Shown here one piece after another: positions 9,937-20,012 of a DNA stretch of 62,824 nt (position 1 is its first letter; each line of letters begins with the position of its first letter). Source of the stretch: Candidatus Pacearchaeota archaeon (GTDB taxonomy: Archaea; Nanobdellota; Nanobdellia; Pacearchaeales; GW2011-AR1). The notes beneath the pieces are model-generated. The model made no database searches. It was not told where the DNA came from and worked only from the letters and a program-made list of their open reading frames with translations. The stretch is taken from assembly GCA_018303925.1 (NCBI GenBank), contig JAGVXF010000010.1, positions 1 to 62,824 on the forward strand, given 5' to 3'. The position numbers and the translations under genes were made by a program.

Positions 9937-10698
9937 ATGAAAAATAAAAAGGGAGATTCTTTTTTAATTGAACTAAAAGATGTTTTCAAACATTATTACA
10001 TGGGAGAAAATGTTGTAAAGGCAGTCGATGGAATTTCATTAAAAATTAATCAGGGAGAATTTGTTGCGATTATGGGGCCATCAGGTTCAGGAAAATCTAC
10101 TTCTATGAATCTTGTTGGAAGTTTAGATGTTCCGACCAAAGGCCACATTTTTTTAGATGGAGAGGATATTTCTACTTTTTCAGAGTCTGATCTTGCTCAA
10201 TTGAGGGGGCAAAAAATAGGTTTTATTTTCCAATCATTTAATCTAATTCCCAATTTGACAGCAAAGGAAAATGTGATGATTCCTATGACTTTTCAAGGAA
10301 TTTCCTTGGAAGAAAGAGAATTAAAAGCTGAGGAGCTTTTGGAGCTTGTGGAACTTGGAGATAGAATTAATCACTATCCGAATGAACTTTCAGGAGGTCA
10401 AAAACAAAGAGTTGCAATTGCACGTTCACTTGCAAATAATCCTGAAGTTATTTTGGCCGATGAACCGACAGGAAACCTTGATACAAAAACAGGGGATATT
10501 GTAATGCATTTTTTGGACAAACTTCACAGGGAAGGCAAAACCATAATAATGATTACTCATGAACCGGAATTGGCAGAACATCATGCCGAAGTTATTTATT
10601 GGCTTAGGGATGGAAAGCTTGAAAAAATCACAAAAAAAAAGAAAGGCAAAAAGTATGTTGACGGAGAATTCAAAAAGATGGCTCCGAAATGGAAGTGA
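9937..10698 (+). CDS. ABC transporter ATP-binding protein (MacB/LolD/FtsE type)
   Basis: Walker A GPSGSGKST, signature LSGGQKQR and Walker B ILADEPTG. Confidence 0.9.
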   Translation: MKNKKGDSFLIELKDVFKHYYMGENVVKAVDGISLKINQGEFVAIMGPSGSGKSTSMNLVGSLDVPTKGHIFLDGEDISTFSESDLAQLRGQKIGFIFQSFNLIPNLTAKENVMIPMTFQGISLEERELKAEELLELVELGDRINHYPNELSGGQKQRVAIARSLANNPEVILADEPTGNLDTKTGDIVMHFLDKLHREGKTIIMITHEPELAEHHAEVIYWLRDGKLEKITKKKKGKKYVDGEFKKMAPKWK

Positions 10699-10702
10699 AT
10701 AT

Positions 10703-11467
10703 ATGCCCCCCGAAATAAAATTTTGGTTAAATTTTGAAACAAACTTTTCAGCTTTTGTTTTATATTTATTTGAAGAATTTTCGGGATGTACAAAAGATGC
10801 ATTAATTAGAATTAATCAATTAAATCTCAAAAAAGAAATTGAAAAAGTGAAAGATAGAGAGACTTTTGAAAATAATGAGAAGTTTGTAAAAAAGCTTTCA
10901 GAAAATCCGTTTGTTTTAAAGAAGAGACTTCCTTTAAAATTATTTGAGCAGATTTATTTTAATTATAGAAAATATTATTTTAAAAATAAAAAATTATTTA
11001 AAAAAAGAGCAAAAGAAATCACTTCTAAAATAAATAGGTCTAAATTAAACCGAATACTAAAATCAATTGAAAATAAAACTAAGATTCCATTCAAACCGAA
11101 AAGGATTAATGTTTGGCTTGTGGATATTTATTATATAGACAAAGAAAAAAGTCTTGAGGGAACAGCAACAAAAGAAGGAATATATCTTGGGTTACCAAGC
11201 AGACCGGTAAATTTGTTTTATTCCACTTTAATTCATGAGTTAGTCCACCATAATCTTATAGGGAAATATTCGGAAGATAAAGAAGAAATTCTTGCTCAGT
11301 TAATAGGACTGGATGTTAGCAAAATCTTTTTAGGAAAAGTCCCTTTAGGATCTGTAAAGATTGCAAAAAGAAGGGTTGAAAGAATAACCAAAATGAATTT
11401 TAAAACAGTTCTTAAAATGTGGGAAAATAAAAACAGTACTTCCAAATTTATAAATTCAATTAATTAA
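10703..11467 (+). CDS. Hypothetical protein with an HExxH motif (possible metallopeptidase)
   Basis: HELVHH motif. Start moved to the ATG at 10703 because the longer track ORF overlaps the ABC ATPase gene. Confidence 0.45.
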   Translation: MPPEIKFWLNFETNFSAFVLYLFEEFSGCTKDALIRINQLNLKKEIEKVKDRETFENNEKFVKKLSENPFVLKKRLPLKLFEQIYFNYRKYYFKNKKLFKKRAKEITSKINRSKLNRILKSIENKTKIPFKPKRINVWLVDIYYIDKEKSLEGTATKEGIYLGLPSRPVNLFYSTLIHELVHHNLIGKYSEDKEEILAQLIGLDVSKIFLGKVPLGSVKIAKRRVERITKMNFKTVLKMWENKNSTSKFINSIN

Positions 11468-11520
11468 ACAAACAAATTTATAACTTAACTTTTATTTTAA
11501 TTTATAAGGAGAACATAAAA

Positions 11521-12656
11521 ATGATATTAGACATGTTTGTTTTGTCAATAAAAAATTTGAAGCACAGAGGCCTGCGTTCGTGGCTCACGCTTCTTGGAAT
11601 TTTTATAGGAGTTGCAGCGGTTGTTTCATTGATTTCCTTAGGAAACGGGCTTCAGACTGCCGTTGCAAGCCAGTTTGGAATAAGCTTAACAGAAGTTTTA
11701 ACTGTCCAGGCCGGGGGTGTTTCCGGGCTTGGTCCTCCGGGAACAGGGGCGGTTAATCCTTTGACAACAAAAGACCTTGATGAAATAAAAAAGTTAAGCA
11801 GTGTAAAGCGTGCAGTTGGAAGGAATATTGTTTCAGGAAAACTTGAATATAATAAAAGGGCTGTTTTTGGATACGCGACAAATATTCCGTCGGGAGATGA
11901 CAGAAAGTTTGTTTATGAGCAAATAGAAGCAAAAACAATTGCAGGAAGGCTCCTTAAAGAGGAAGATTCCGGAAAAATAAAAGTTTTCAGGTTGTAGGAA
12001 TTCTTGAAAAGAAAGGAAGTTTTATTTTTGATAATGTTGTATACATGAATCAAAATGACCTTGAATCAATAAGTGATTTTGGCGACAAAGTCGATATTAT
12101 TGCAGTTCAGCCCACCAATAAAGAGGAAATGGACAGAACAAAAAATGACATTGAAAAACTTTTAAGAAAATTAAGAGATGTGAAAGAAGGTGAAGAAGAC
12201 TTTGTTGTTTCAACTCCGGAATCTTCACTAGATACTGTGAATCAGATTATAGGGGGGGTTCAGATTTTTATTGCAATGGTTGCTTCAATTTCAATTTTTA
12301 TAGGGTCTCTTGGAATTGTGAACACAATGACAACTTCAGTCCTTGAGAGAAAAAAAGATATAGGAATAATGAAATCTGTTGGCGCAAAAAACTCGCACAT
12401 TTTTATGCAGTTTTTTATTGAGTCAAGTCTTTTAGGTCTTGTTGGGGGTTTTATTGGGGCTGTTGTCGGTGAAATAATAGGAATAGTTGGAACAATTTCA
12501 ATAAACAGTTTCGTAAATGCAAACGTTCCCCTGTCTTTTGACATTGGGCTTCTTGCAGTTACCCTTCTTGGGAGTTTTCTTATAGGGGGAGTTGCCGGAA
12601 TTGTTCCGGCTATGCATGCAGCAAAGCAAAGCCCCGTGGAGGCTTTGAGAGAATGA
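11521..12656 (+). pseudogene. MacB/FtsX-type ABC permease disrupted by a frameshift or deletion
   Basis: The N-terminal part (11521-11997, frame 1) ends at a TAG. The FtsX C-terminal part continues in another frame (FQVVGILEKKG... then 12045-12656). An intact paralog lies at 13093-14298. Confidence 0.6.
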
Positions 12657-13096
12657 AAATAAAATTGGAAAGGTATAACAAAAGAAAAGATTTGATAAAA
12701 GTCCTTCCTGAATTTATAAATTATAAAATAATCAGCAATTTGGGGTATTTTAAATTTAATACCTGGAAAAGAATATTAAAAAACAGGAAGTCTAAACAAA
12801 TTATTTTTGATATATTTACTGAATCTAATTTTGTTGGATTGGTGGCACTTGTTTATGAAAAACAATATAGGTCTTGGAGTATTACTTATTTTATCTTCAA
12901 GAAATATTGGAATAAAGGAATTGCAACATTAGCAACAAAAGAGGTTTTAAAATATGCTTTCAAAAACAAAATAAAAAAAATTCATGCAGAGACGAGAACA
13001 GATAATTTTGGTTCAATAAGAGTTCTTGAAAAAAACAAATTTAAAAAAATAAAGGAAAATAAAAGAGAAATTTTTTGGGAGAAAAAATTAAAATGA
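12653..13096 (+). CDS. GNAT-family N-acetyltransferase
   Basis: WNKGIATLATKEVLKYAF...ETRTDNFGSIRVLEKNKFKK resembles the acetyl-CoA binding core of RimJ/RimL-type GNATs. Confidence 0.7.
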   Translation: MKIKLERYNKRKDLIKVLPEFINYKIISNLGYFKFNTWKRILKNRKSKQIIFDIFTESNFVGLVALVYEKQYRSWSITYFIFKKYWNKGIATLATKEVLKYAFKNKIKKIHAETRTDNFGSIRVLEKNKFKKIKENKREIFWEKKLK

Positions 13097-14298
13097 TAAA
13101 CACAGAATCAGTCAGGTATTCCCTTCGAAACCTGAGACACAGGAAAGGAAGAAGTTTTTTAACGGTTTTTTCAATTCTTGTCGGAATCGTAACAATTTTT
13201 ATTTTTATAAGTTTCGGGCTTGGGCTTTACAATTACACCCAGGAATTGACAAGTGGCTCTTCTGCAAATAAAGTTTTGATTCTTGCAAAAGGAGTTTCAG
13301 CGCCCGGAATTGATGATACTTTTAAGCTCACAGAGGACGACCTTAAAGTTGTCAAAAGATCTGGGGGTGTCTATAAAGCAACGGCGCTTTATTATCAGAT
13401 TGTTCAGGCTGAAAAAAGGGATGAAAAAAAATATATTTTTTTAACATCATATGACCCGAGCGAGCCTATGATTCTTGATGTTTTTGGCGCTAAACTAGAG
13501 AAAGGGAGATTTTTACAAGTGGGAGATACAAAAAGGGCTTTGTTTGGTTACAATTATCTAATCGACGGCAAAATATTTGAAAAAAGAATTGATATAAATG
13601 AAGAAGTGGTCATAAACGGGACAAAATTAAAGGCGGTTGGATTTTTGGAATCCGTTGGGAATCCGGCAGATGACTCCAATATTTATGTAACTAATGATTA
13701 CTTTGAAGAACTTTTTCAGGATAAGGAATCTTATGCAGAGATTATTGCTGAAGTGGATATTGAAAATATAGGCTGGGTTGTTGGAAATATTGAACGGGAT
13801 TTAAGAAATGAAAGAAATCAGGAAAAGGGAAACGAAGATTTTTATGTCCAGTCATTTGAAGATTTGATTGAGGCTTATACAGGAGTGCTTAACATCATAG
13901 TTAGTTTTGTTATTTTGATTGCATTAATTTCGGTTTTCGTCTCGGGAATAAATACGGCAAATACCATGATAACTTCTGTTCTTGAGAGATATAAAGAAAT
14001 AGGAGTATTAAAATCGATAGGGGCAAGAAACAGGGAAATTTTTGGCATATTTTTGTTTGAATCGGCTTTTCTTGGTTTTATTGCTGGAGTTATGGGGGTT
14101 CTTTTAGGGTTTATTTTAACCAGCATCGCCGGAAGCCTTCTTGCAGGACTGGGGTTGTCATTTTTAGCACCATATTATTCGCCGTGGCTTTTTATAGGCT
14201 GCATTTTATTTGCAGTTTTCACAGGGGCAATTTCAGGAGTTATTCCAGCAATACGGGCATCAAAGATAAATCCAGTGGACAGTTTAAGGTATGAATGA
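13093..14298 (+). CDS. MacB/FtsX-type ABC transporter permease (intact)
   Basis: N-terminal TM segment, a large periplasmic-type domain and a C-terminal FtsX region (ITSVLERYKEIGVLKSIGARNREI). Start set at the ATG at 13093. Confidence 0.85.
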   Translation: MINTESVRYSLRNLRHRKGRSFLTVFSILVGIVTIFIFISFGLGLYNYTQELTSGSSANKVLILAKGVSAPGIDDTFKLTEDDLKVVKRSGGVYKATALYYQIVQAEKRDEKKYIFLTSYDPSEPMILDVFGAKLEKGRFLQVGDTKRALFGYNYLIDGKIFEKRIDINEEVVINGTKLKAVGFLESVGNPADDSNIYVTNDYFEELFQDKESYAEIIAEVDIENIGWVVGNIERDLRNERNQEKGNEDFYVQSFEDLIEAYTGVLNIIVSFVILIALISVFVSGINTANTMITSVLERYKEIGVLKSIGARNREIFGIFLFESAFLGFIAGVMGVLLGFILTSIAGSLLAGLGLSFLAPYYSPWLFIGCILFAVFTGAISGVIPAIRASKINPVDSLRYE

Positions 14299-14344
14299 GG
14301 GTTCACAAGAAAACATTTAAAAACAAATTTTCATTAATTTTCAT

Positions 14345-15232
14345 ATGAAAAGAAATTACATATTTTTATTCATTGGGGCAATTCTTTTATTGAGTTTAGC
14401 CGGGGTTTTTGCCGCTTCGTGCAACCTTCAGGTTTCATTGGTTAATCAGGACCCAGATACTGCGGTCCAGGGGGATTCTGTTAAATTGCTATTTCAGGTT
14501 AGCGGAGTAGAGAATCCCGAGTGCAAGGGGGTTGTTTTTAAGCTTGATCCAGAGTATTCATTTTCTTTTGCTGACAGGTCTGACAGTAATTTTAAAGTTT
14601 TGTCTGGAAGCACTTACTTTCAGGATTACAAAAATACATGGATAATTCCATATACTCTTAAAGTAAATAAAGAAGCTTTAGACGGCGACGCTGAAGTGCA
14701 GGTTTTCTATGCTCCTGGAACATCCACTCTGAATCAGTCTTATCTTTCTAAAAAATTTAGTGTGAGAATCCAGGATTCACGCGCGGATTTTGAAGTTTAT
14801 GTGCGAAATTATAATCCAACAACAAAAATAATTACTTTTGAAATTTTGAATACTGCAAAAGTAGATATCAAAGCGTTGACTATGGAGGTTCCAAAGCAGG
14901 AAAGTATAAAAATTAAAGGCTCAAACGTGAATATTGTCGGGGACTTGGACTCAAATGAATATACAACTGCCGACTTTGAGGGCACTCCTTCAAATGGGGA
15001 GATAACCTTAAAAGTTTCATACACTGACCAGGCCGAAGTGAGGAGAATTGTTGAGGAAGTTGTCAATTATGATTCAAGTTATTTTGAGGATAGAGTATCG
15101 GATAAAAAAGGAAGCCCTGTTACAACGTGGATAATTGTTATCGTGGTTGTCCTTTTGATTGTATACTGGCTTTACAGAAGGCAGAAGAAGAAAAAAAGAC
15201 TCGAAGAACACAGAAGGAACAGGATTAAATAA
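14345..15232 (+). CDS. Secreted beta-rich surface protein with a C-terminal TM anchor and basic tail
   Basis: Signal-like N-terminus and C-terminal WIIVIVVVLLIVYWLYRRQKKKKR. Located in the ABC exporter cluster. Confidence 0.55.
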   Translation: MKRNYIFLFIGAILLLSLAGVFAASCNLQVSLVNQDPDTAVQGDSVKLLFQVSGVENPECKGVVFKLDPEYSFSFADRSDSNFKVLSGSTYFQDYKNTWIIPYTLKVNKEALDGDAEVQVFYAPGTSTLNQSYLSKKFSVRIQDSRADFEVYVRNYNPTTKIITFEILNTAKVDIKALTMEVPKQESIKIKGSNVNIVGDLDSNEYTTADFEGTPSNGEITLKVSYTDQAEVRRIVEEVVNYDSSYFEDRVSDKKGSPVTTWIIVIVVVLLIVYWLYRRQKKKKRLEEHRRNRIK

Positions 15233-15268
15233 TTCTTCTTTGGAAAATTTTTATTGAGTTAAAAATTA

Positions 15269-15598
15269 TTATTTACAGTACTTTGTCAGTTTTTTAGAAA
15301 TCTTGCTTATGCTCTCACTTAATATTCCGCCGTATAAATATGTGGTTTTGGTCTTATCGTGAAAATAATGACCTTTTCTTGTTGAGTATTCTATATTCAG
15401 GTTTTTATATGAATCAGGTTTTATAGATTCTATTTCCTTTTCAATTAACTTAACTAGTCCGTCGGTATTTTTTGCCTCATCAATAAATGTGTTGTTTTTC
15501 TCTATTGCTTCTTCAAAAGCAATGTAACATGTATTATCTTTCCCTTTTTCTGCGGGATTAAGAATTATTGCGCTGAAAATCTGAATTGTTTTTGTCAT
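15269..15598 (-). CDS. Hypothetical protein
   Basis: 109-codon ORF directly downstream of infB; no motif. Confidence 0.4.
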   Translation of the reverse strand: MTKTIQIFSAIILNPAEKGKDNTCYIAFEEAIEKNNTFIDEAKNTDGLVKLIEKEIESIKPDSYKNLNIEYSTRKGHYFHDKTKTTYLYGGILSESISKISKKLTKYCK

Positions 15599-15611
15599 TT
15601 TTTATTTTTAA

Positions 15612-17354
15612 TTAATTTCCCCAGTCCTCTTTTGTTTTGCGTTTTATATCGGCAATTTCTTTTAAGATTTTCATTTCACTTCCTGTAAGGAGGTCTTTAT
15701 TCTTTTTAAAATCTTTGAACTGGGATTCTCCTAGGTTGGAATAAAGGAACTTTTTTCCCTTAAGTTCTCTTTCATAATTTACGTTCGGTATTGAAACTGC
15801 AACTTCCATCCCTTCTGTTGCTTCTTCAACCGATTTTTTTTCAGACTGGATATTTTTTATGTTTCCCACTTTTTCGTCATCTTCGTCAATAATTGGAAGG
15901 TTTTTTATCAACTTTCCCCCGGCAATTCTTACCCCGAAAATTGCGGGTTTTGTATTCCTGAAAACATACTGGGAAAGCAATTCTATCTTGCATATTGTAG
16001 AGAGCCCCATCATTCTCTTTTTTTCTATTTCCATTTGTTTTTCTTTTCTAAAAATAACCAGGTCTTCAATAATCTTATAAACAATGTCACTTGTAATAAT
16101 CTTTATTTTTGAGGAGATTTCATTTGCATCATCAGTCACTCCGACGTTAAAACCCACAATCACAGCATCAAGCTCGTTAATGTCAAGATTTGCTTTTGCA
16201 GATATTGCATCTGCCTTGTTTATCCCCCCAATTCCGGCTTTAACAACAGAAACATTGTTTTGTTTTAACAAGACGAGCAAAGCCTCAAGGCTTCCAAGTG
16301 AATCTGCTTTTGCGATTATCCCGTGCTTTTCAGTCTTTATTGACTCGCTTATTTCTTTTTTGAACAGTTTTTTTATCTCTTCAAAATTATTTTTGAATTT
16401 CAAAAAAGGCATTCCCGGAAGAATTTCTGTTTTTTCAACTAATTGCATCCTTATTCCGGTAGAAGCTTTTACTTCTTCAACAGCCTTAAATTTTGAAGAA
16501 ACCGGAAGTATTTCCTCAAGTATCCTTATTTTTGTGATGATGGGTTCACCCGAAAGGCTTGCAACAGCAATTTCATCTGTTCTTTTTAATTCTCCGTCGT
16601 AAAGTATTGCTTCAATTGCAGAAACCGATTTTTCTTTTTTTACTTCAAGCATGACCCCTTTTGGTTCGCTGTGAAGCTCAAGCCTTTTAGTTAAAAACTT
16701 TTCACTTAATCCGGAAAGAACTAAAATTAATTCAGGAATTCCTTCTTTAGTGTAAGCTGAGCATGGGACAAGCGCGATTTTTTTTGTGAAGTCAGTTATA
16801 TTGTAAAACAAGTCTGTTTCAAGTTCATATGACTGGAGTGCTCCCTGAAGGGTATAATATTTTTCAAGGAAGTCTTCTTTTACCCTTTCTCCCTGATTCT
16901 CGACTGAAGTTTTCAGGTCATCGCTTAATTTTTTCCATCCTGTAATTTTGTCAATTTTGTTAAGTGCGACTACAAAAGGGGTTTTGTTCATCTTTAAGAT
17001 TTGTATTACTTCTGCGGTCTGGGGTTTTATTCCTTCATTAATATCTATAACAAGAACAGCAAGGTCAGCAAGGGAGCCTCCTCTCTTTCTGAGGTTTGTA
17101 AACGCTGCGTGACCGGGGGTGTCAATTAAAAGGAATCCCGGAATATTTAATTTTATTTTGGATTTTTCAATTAAAGGGCAGGCTTTTCTTAGATTTTCTA
17201 CCGGAAAAGTTGTAAAAGAAATCTTCTGGGTTATTCCCCCCGCTTCACCTTCCTGGACAGATGAACTTCTAAGAGCATCAAGAATCGAGGTTTTTCCATG
17301 GTCAACGTGTCCTGCAACTGTTACAATTGGCTGGCGAATCTTTATCTTTTCCAT
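15612..17354 (-). CDS. infB: Translation initiation factor aIF5B (IF-2)
   Basis: GHVDHGKTSILD, DTPGH and NKID GTPase motifs. 580 aa with a/eIF5B layout. Confidence 0.95.
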   Translation of the reverse strand: MEKIKIRQPIVTVAGHVDHGKTSILDALRSSSVQEGEAGGITQKISFTTFPVENLRKACPLIEKSKIKLNIPGFLLIDTPGHAAFTNLRKRGGSLADLAVLVIDINEGIKPQTAEVIQILKMNKTPFVVALNKIDKITGWKKLSDDLKTSVENQGERVKEDFLEKYYTLQGALQSYELETDLFYNITDFTKKIALVPCSAYTKEGIPELILVLSGLSEKFLTKRLELHSEPKGVMLEVKKEKSVSAIEAILYDGELKRTDEIAVASLSGEPIITKIRILEEILPVSSKFKAVEEVKASTGIRMQLVEKTEILPGMPFLKFKNNFEEIKKLFKKEISESIKTEKHGIIAKADSLGSLEALLVLLKQNNVSVVKAGIGGINKADAISAKANLDINELDAVIVGFNVGVTDDANEISSKIKIITSDIVYKIIEDLVIFRKEKQMEIEKKRMMGLSTICKIELLSQYVFRNTKPAIFGVRIAGGKLIKNLPIIDEDDEKVGNIKNIQSEKKSVEEATEGMEVAVSIPNVNYERELKGKKFLYSNLGESQFKDFKKNKDLLTGSEMKILKEIADIKRKTKEDWGN

Positions 17355-17431
17355 TTAAAATTGATTGCAGGAGTATTTTTAAATATTAATAAAATGATTA
17401 AGTTTATAATTTCTTATTTTCTTGAAAAATC

Positions 17432-17764
17432 ATGATAAAAGAAAGGACAATTAAGGACCTGAATGAAGAGTATAATCTTGATTTAGGCGGGGCTGTTCAA
17501 TCTATAAAAAAAGTGAAAGCGAAGCTTGTTTTGGTCCAGTTTCCTGATGGCTTAAAACCATATGCAACAGCAATAGTGGATTATCTCAAAGAAAAAACAG
17601 GGGCTGACTTTTTGATTTATCTTGGTAGCTGTTTTGGAGCATGCGATTATCCTGTCGGAATGGAAAATCTCGGAATTGATCTGACGATTCAGTTTGGCCA
17701 CAGTTCTTTAATGCCAAGTTACTTGAATGACGGAAAAGAGTTTAAAGCTAGTATTAATAAATAA
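17432..17764 (+). pseudogene. dph2: N-terminal third of diphthamide synthase Dph2 (truncated remnant)
   Basis: LVLVQFPDGLK...GSCFGACD...IQFGHSS matches the first about 100 aa of archaeal Dph2, which is normally about 330 aa. The ORF stops and no continuation exists in any frame before mgtC. Confidence 0.55.
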
Positions 17765-17904
17765 TTAGATTTCATAACCCCGATTTATTTTTCCAGATAA
17801 ATTTTCATCTTCTTCCACATGAAAAAATTTATTATTTTTGGCTTTTTAATTATCTTGCTTTTATTTACCTTTAAATTTAAATAGGAGAACTTTCTAGGAT
17901 TTTT

Positions 17905-18531
17905 ATGGAATCAGAGCTTATCATTTTCAGAATGTTTATCACATTCATTTTTGCAATGCTTTTTGGTTTTCAAAGACAGCATGCGCATAAGCCCATAGGT
18001 TTTGGAACTTTTACTTTTGTTGCAATCGGCTCATGCGGGCTTGCTATAATTGGCATGGAATTTGGGGAAGGAAATCCCCTTCCTATACTTGGGGCGATTG
18101 TGACAGGAATTGGTTTTTTGGGAGCCGGGGCTTTAATAAAAACAACTGACAAAATATATGGTATAACGACTGCTGCCGGAATATGGGTATTTGCGATTTT
18201 TGGGCTTTTAATCGGTGTTGGTGATTACTTGGTAGGAGGAGCAGTTTACTTTTTTGTATGGATAATTATTTTAATAGACCTCTATTTTGAAAAGCATGGG
18301 GTTGGTTCTTACCAGAAAAGAATATTTTTTGAAATTAAAATGAAAGACATTGAAAAATTCAACCACCTTCTGAAAACTTTTAATAAAGTGAAAATGATTT
18401 CAATGGAATCTGAAAAAGAAAATGAACTCGAAAAATATGAATACCTTGTTGAATGTAACGGAAAAAAGTTAAGAAAAGTGATTGAACTTCTTAATAAATT
18501 AAAATGGATTGTGGGTTACAGAGTGGAGTAA
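17905..18531 (+). CDS. mgtC: MgtC/SapB-family membrane protein
   Basis: FGFQRQ...GIGFLGAGALIK...ITTAAGIWVFAIFGLLIGVG is the typical MgtC membrane core, followed by a C-terminal soluble domain. Confidence 0.8.
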   Translation: MESELIIFRMFITFIFAMLFGFQRQHAHKPIGFGTFTFVAIGSCGLAIIGMEFGEGNPLPILGAIVTGIGFLGAGALIKTTDKIYGITTAAGIWVFAIFGLLIGVGDYLVGGAVYFFVWIIILIDLYFEKHGVGSYQKRIFFEIKMKDIEKFNHLLKTFNKVKMISMESEKENELEKYEYLVECNGKKLRKVIELLNKLKWIVGYRVE

Positions 18532-18533
18532 AT

Positions 18534-18899
18534 CTATTTTTCAATTTCGTCCTGGTTATATCTTGGAACATGTGAACCCAATAAATGTTCATGAGATATC
18601 TTGAATATTGGCTCACCTGAGAAAATGCTGGGGTAAAAATCATAAAGCTCGTTTATTGCATCTTCAATTTGTGTCATTTGAAAATATTCCCTTATTAAAT
18701 AACCCTGCCTTTTTGAGAGTCTAAATTCTTCATTATAGTCGCTAAATAAGTGAAGTCCCGCAAGGTCTGCTGTTTCGTAAACTGAAATTTCGATAGGGCT
18801 TTTTTTATAAGACGGTGAAAAGTTTTCTTTTAAAAAATTCTTTTTTTCCTCAATATTTGAAAGCAAAATGTCAAAAGCTTCTTTTGTTTCTTTTTCCAT
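18534..18899 (-). CDS. Hypothetical protein
   Basis: 121-codon ORF, no motif. Confidence 0.4.
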   Translation of the reverse strand: MEKETKEAFDILLSNIEEKKNFLKENFSPSYKKSPIEISVYETADLAGLHLFSDYNEEFRLSKRQGYLIREYFQMTQIEDAINELYDFYPSIFSGEPIFKISHEHLLGSHVPRYNQDEIEK

Positions 18900-18913
18900 A
18901 TTAATAATTATAA

Positions 18914-19213
18914 TTAATAATCCGGCAGTTCTTCCTGGTTTTTTGGCTGTTTTTTTGCGGGCTTTGTTTTTGGTTCTTCTTCAGAATCTCCTTCGTCAGT
19001 CATGTCTTCTTTGGAAACAGAGTTTACCATTTCCTTGAACTTTGGAAAGTCCTTTGCAAGGATCCTCACCCCGGATTTTGTGAAACCGGTGTATCTTTCA
19101 GAAGTCACATATTCACGAATTGTGAACCCACGCTTCCCGCCAAAGTCGTCAATTCTAAGAACAATGTCAGACTGGTCATTCCTTGAAATTTTCCCGATGT
19201 CTTTTTCCATCAT
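18914..19213 (-). CDS. PC4/YdbC-like ssDNA-binding protein with an acidic/basic tail
   Basis: DIVLRIDDFGGKRGFTIREYV...FTKSGVRIL resembles the PC4-fold pattern (x.v.v..f.g...vdiReyy...ptkkGi.l). Confidence 0.55.
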   Translation of the reverse strand: MMEKDIGKISRNDQSDIVLRIDDFGGKRGFTIREYVTSERYTGFTKSGVRILAKDFPKFKEMVNSVSKEDMTDEGDSEEEPKTKPAKKQPKNQEELPDY

Positions 19214-19259
19214 TAGTCAAAAAGGGTTTCTTATTTAAATCTTTTGATGGCCCTTTTTA

Positions 19260-19994
19260 TTATAAAAATATTCTTTCAAAATTCTTTTCAATTAACTTTT
19301 CAGTTTCTTCTTTTGGGGTTTTCCATATTTCACTTATTTTTTTTATTGATTCAGTAATAAAAGCAGGTTCATTTTTCTTTTCAGGAAAAGGAGATAAATA
19401 AGGTGAATCTGTTTCAGTGAGGATTTTTTCTTTAGGAACAACAGTCAGCATCTTCTGAAAATGCTCGCTTTTAACAACGTTTGTCGGAATTGAAAAATAA
19501 CACCCAAGTTCAATTCCTTCTTTTACAAATTTAAAATTTCCTGAAAAACAATGGAGGACAATTTTTAATTCAGGAAATTTTTCAAGGATTTCCAAAACTT
19601 CTTTTTCAGTTTTTCTTGTGTGAATAATTACAGGCAGATTTAAATTTCTTGCAAAGTCAAGTTGCTTTACAAAAATTTCTTTTTGAAATTCAAAATCAAG
19701 TTTTTCCGTTTTGTCAAGTCCAATTTCTCCTATTGCAACAATTTCCTTTTTATTTTTCAAAAGAAATTCCTCAAACTCTTTATACTTATCAAGAGTCAAA
19801 CTTTCTTCAGGATAAAGTCCTGCGGCAAATTTTATTTTCGGATATTTTTTTGAAATTTCAAGGTTCTTTTTGCATGACCCCAGATTAACCGAATTTGACA
19901 CAACGATTTTAATCTTTTTATCTTCCTGAATTTCTTTTGCTTTTTTTTCAGGTAAGAGGTCAATATGAGCATGGACATCAATTATCATAATCAA
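19260..19994 (-). CDS. tatD: TatD-family metal-dependent hydrolase/DNase
   Basis: IDVHAHID, AIGEIGLD, IIHTR, LHCFSG and TDSPYL motifs. Confidence 0.9.
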   Translation of the reverse strand: MIMIIDVHAHIDLLPEKKAKEIQEDKKIKIVVSNSVNLGSCKKNLEISKKYPKIKFAAGLYPEESLTLDKYKEFEEFLLKNKKEIVAIGEIGLDKTEKLDFEFQKEIFVKQLDFARNLNLPVIIHTRKTEKEVLEILEKFPELKIVLHCFSGNFKFVKEGIELGCYFSIPTNVVKSEHFQKMLTVVPKEKILTETDSPYLSPFPEKKNEPAFITESIKKISEIWKTPKEETEKLIEKNFERIFL

Positions 19995-20012
19995 GAGAGT
20001 TATAGACTCTTT

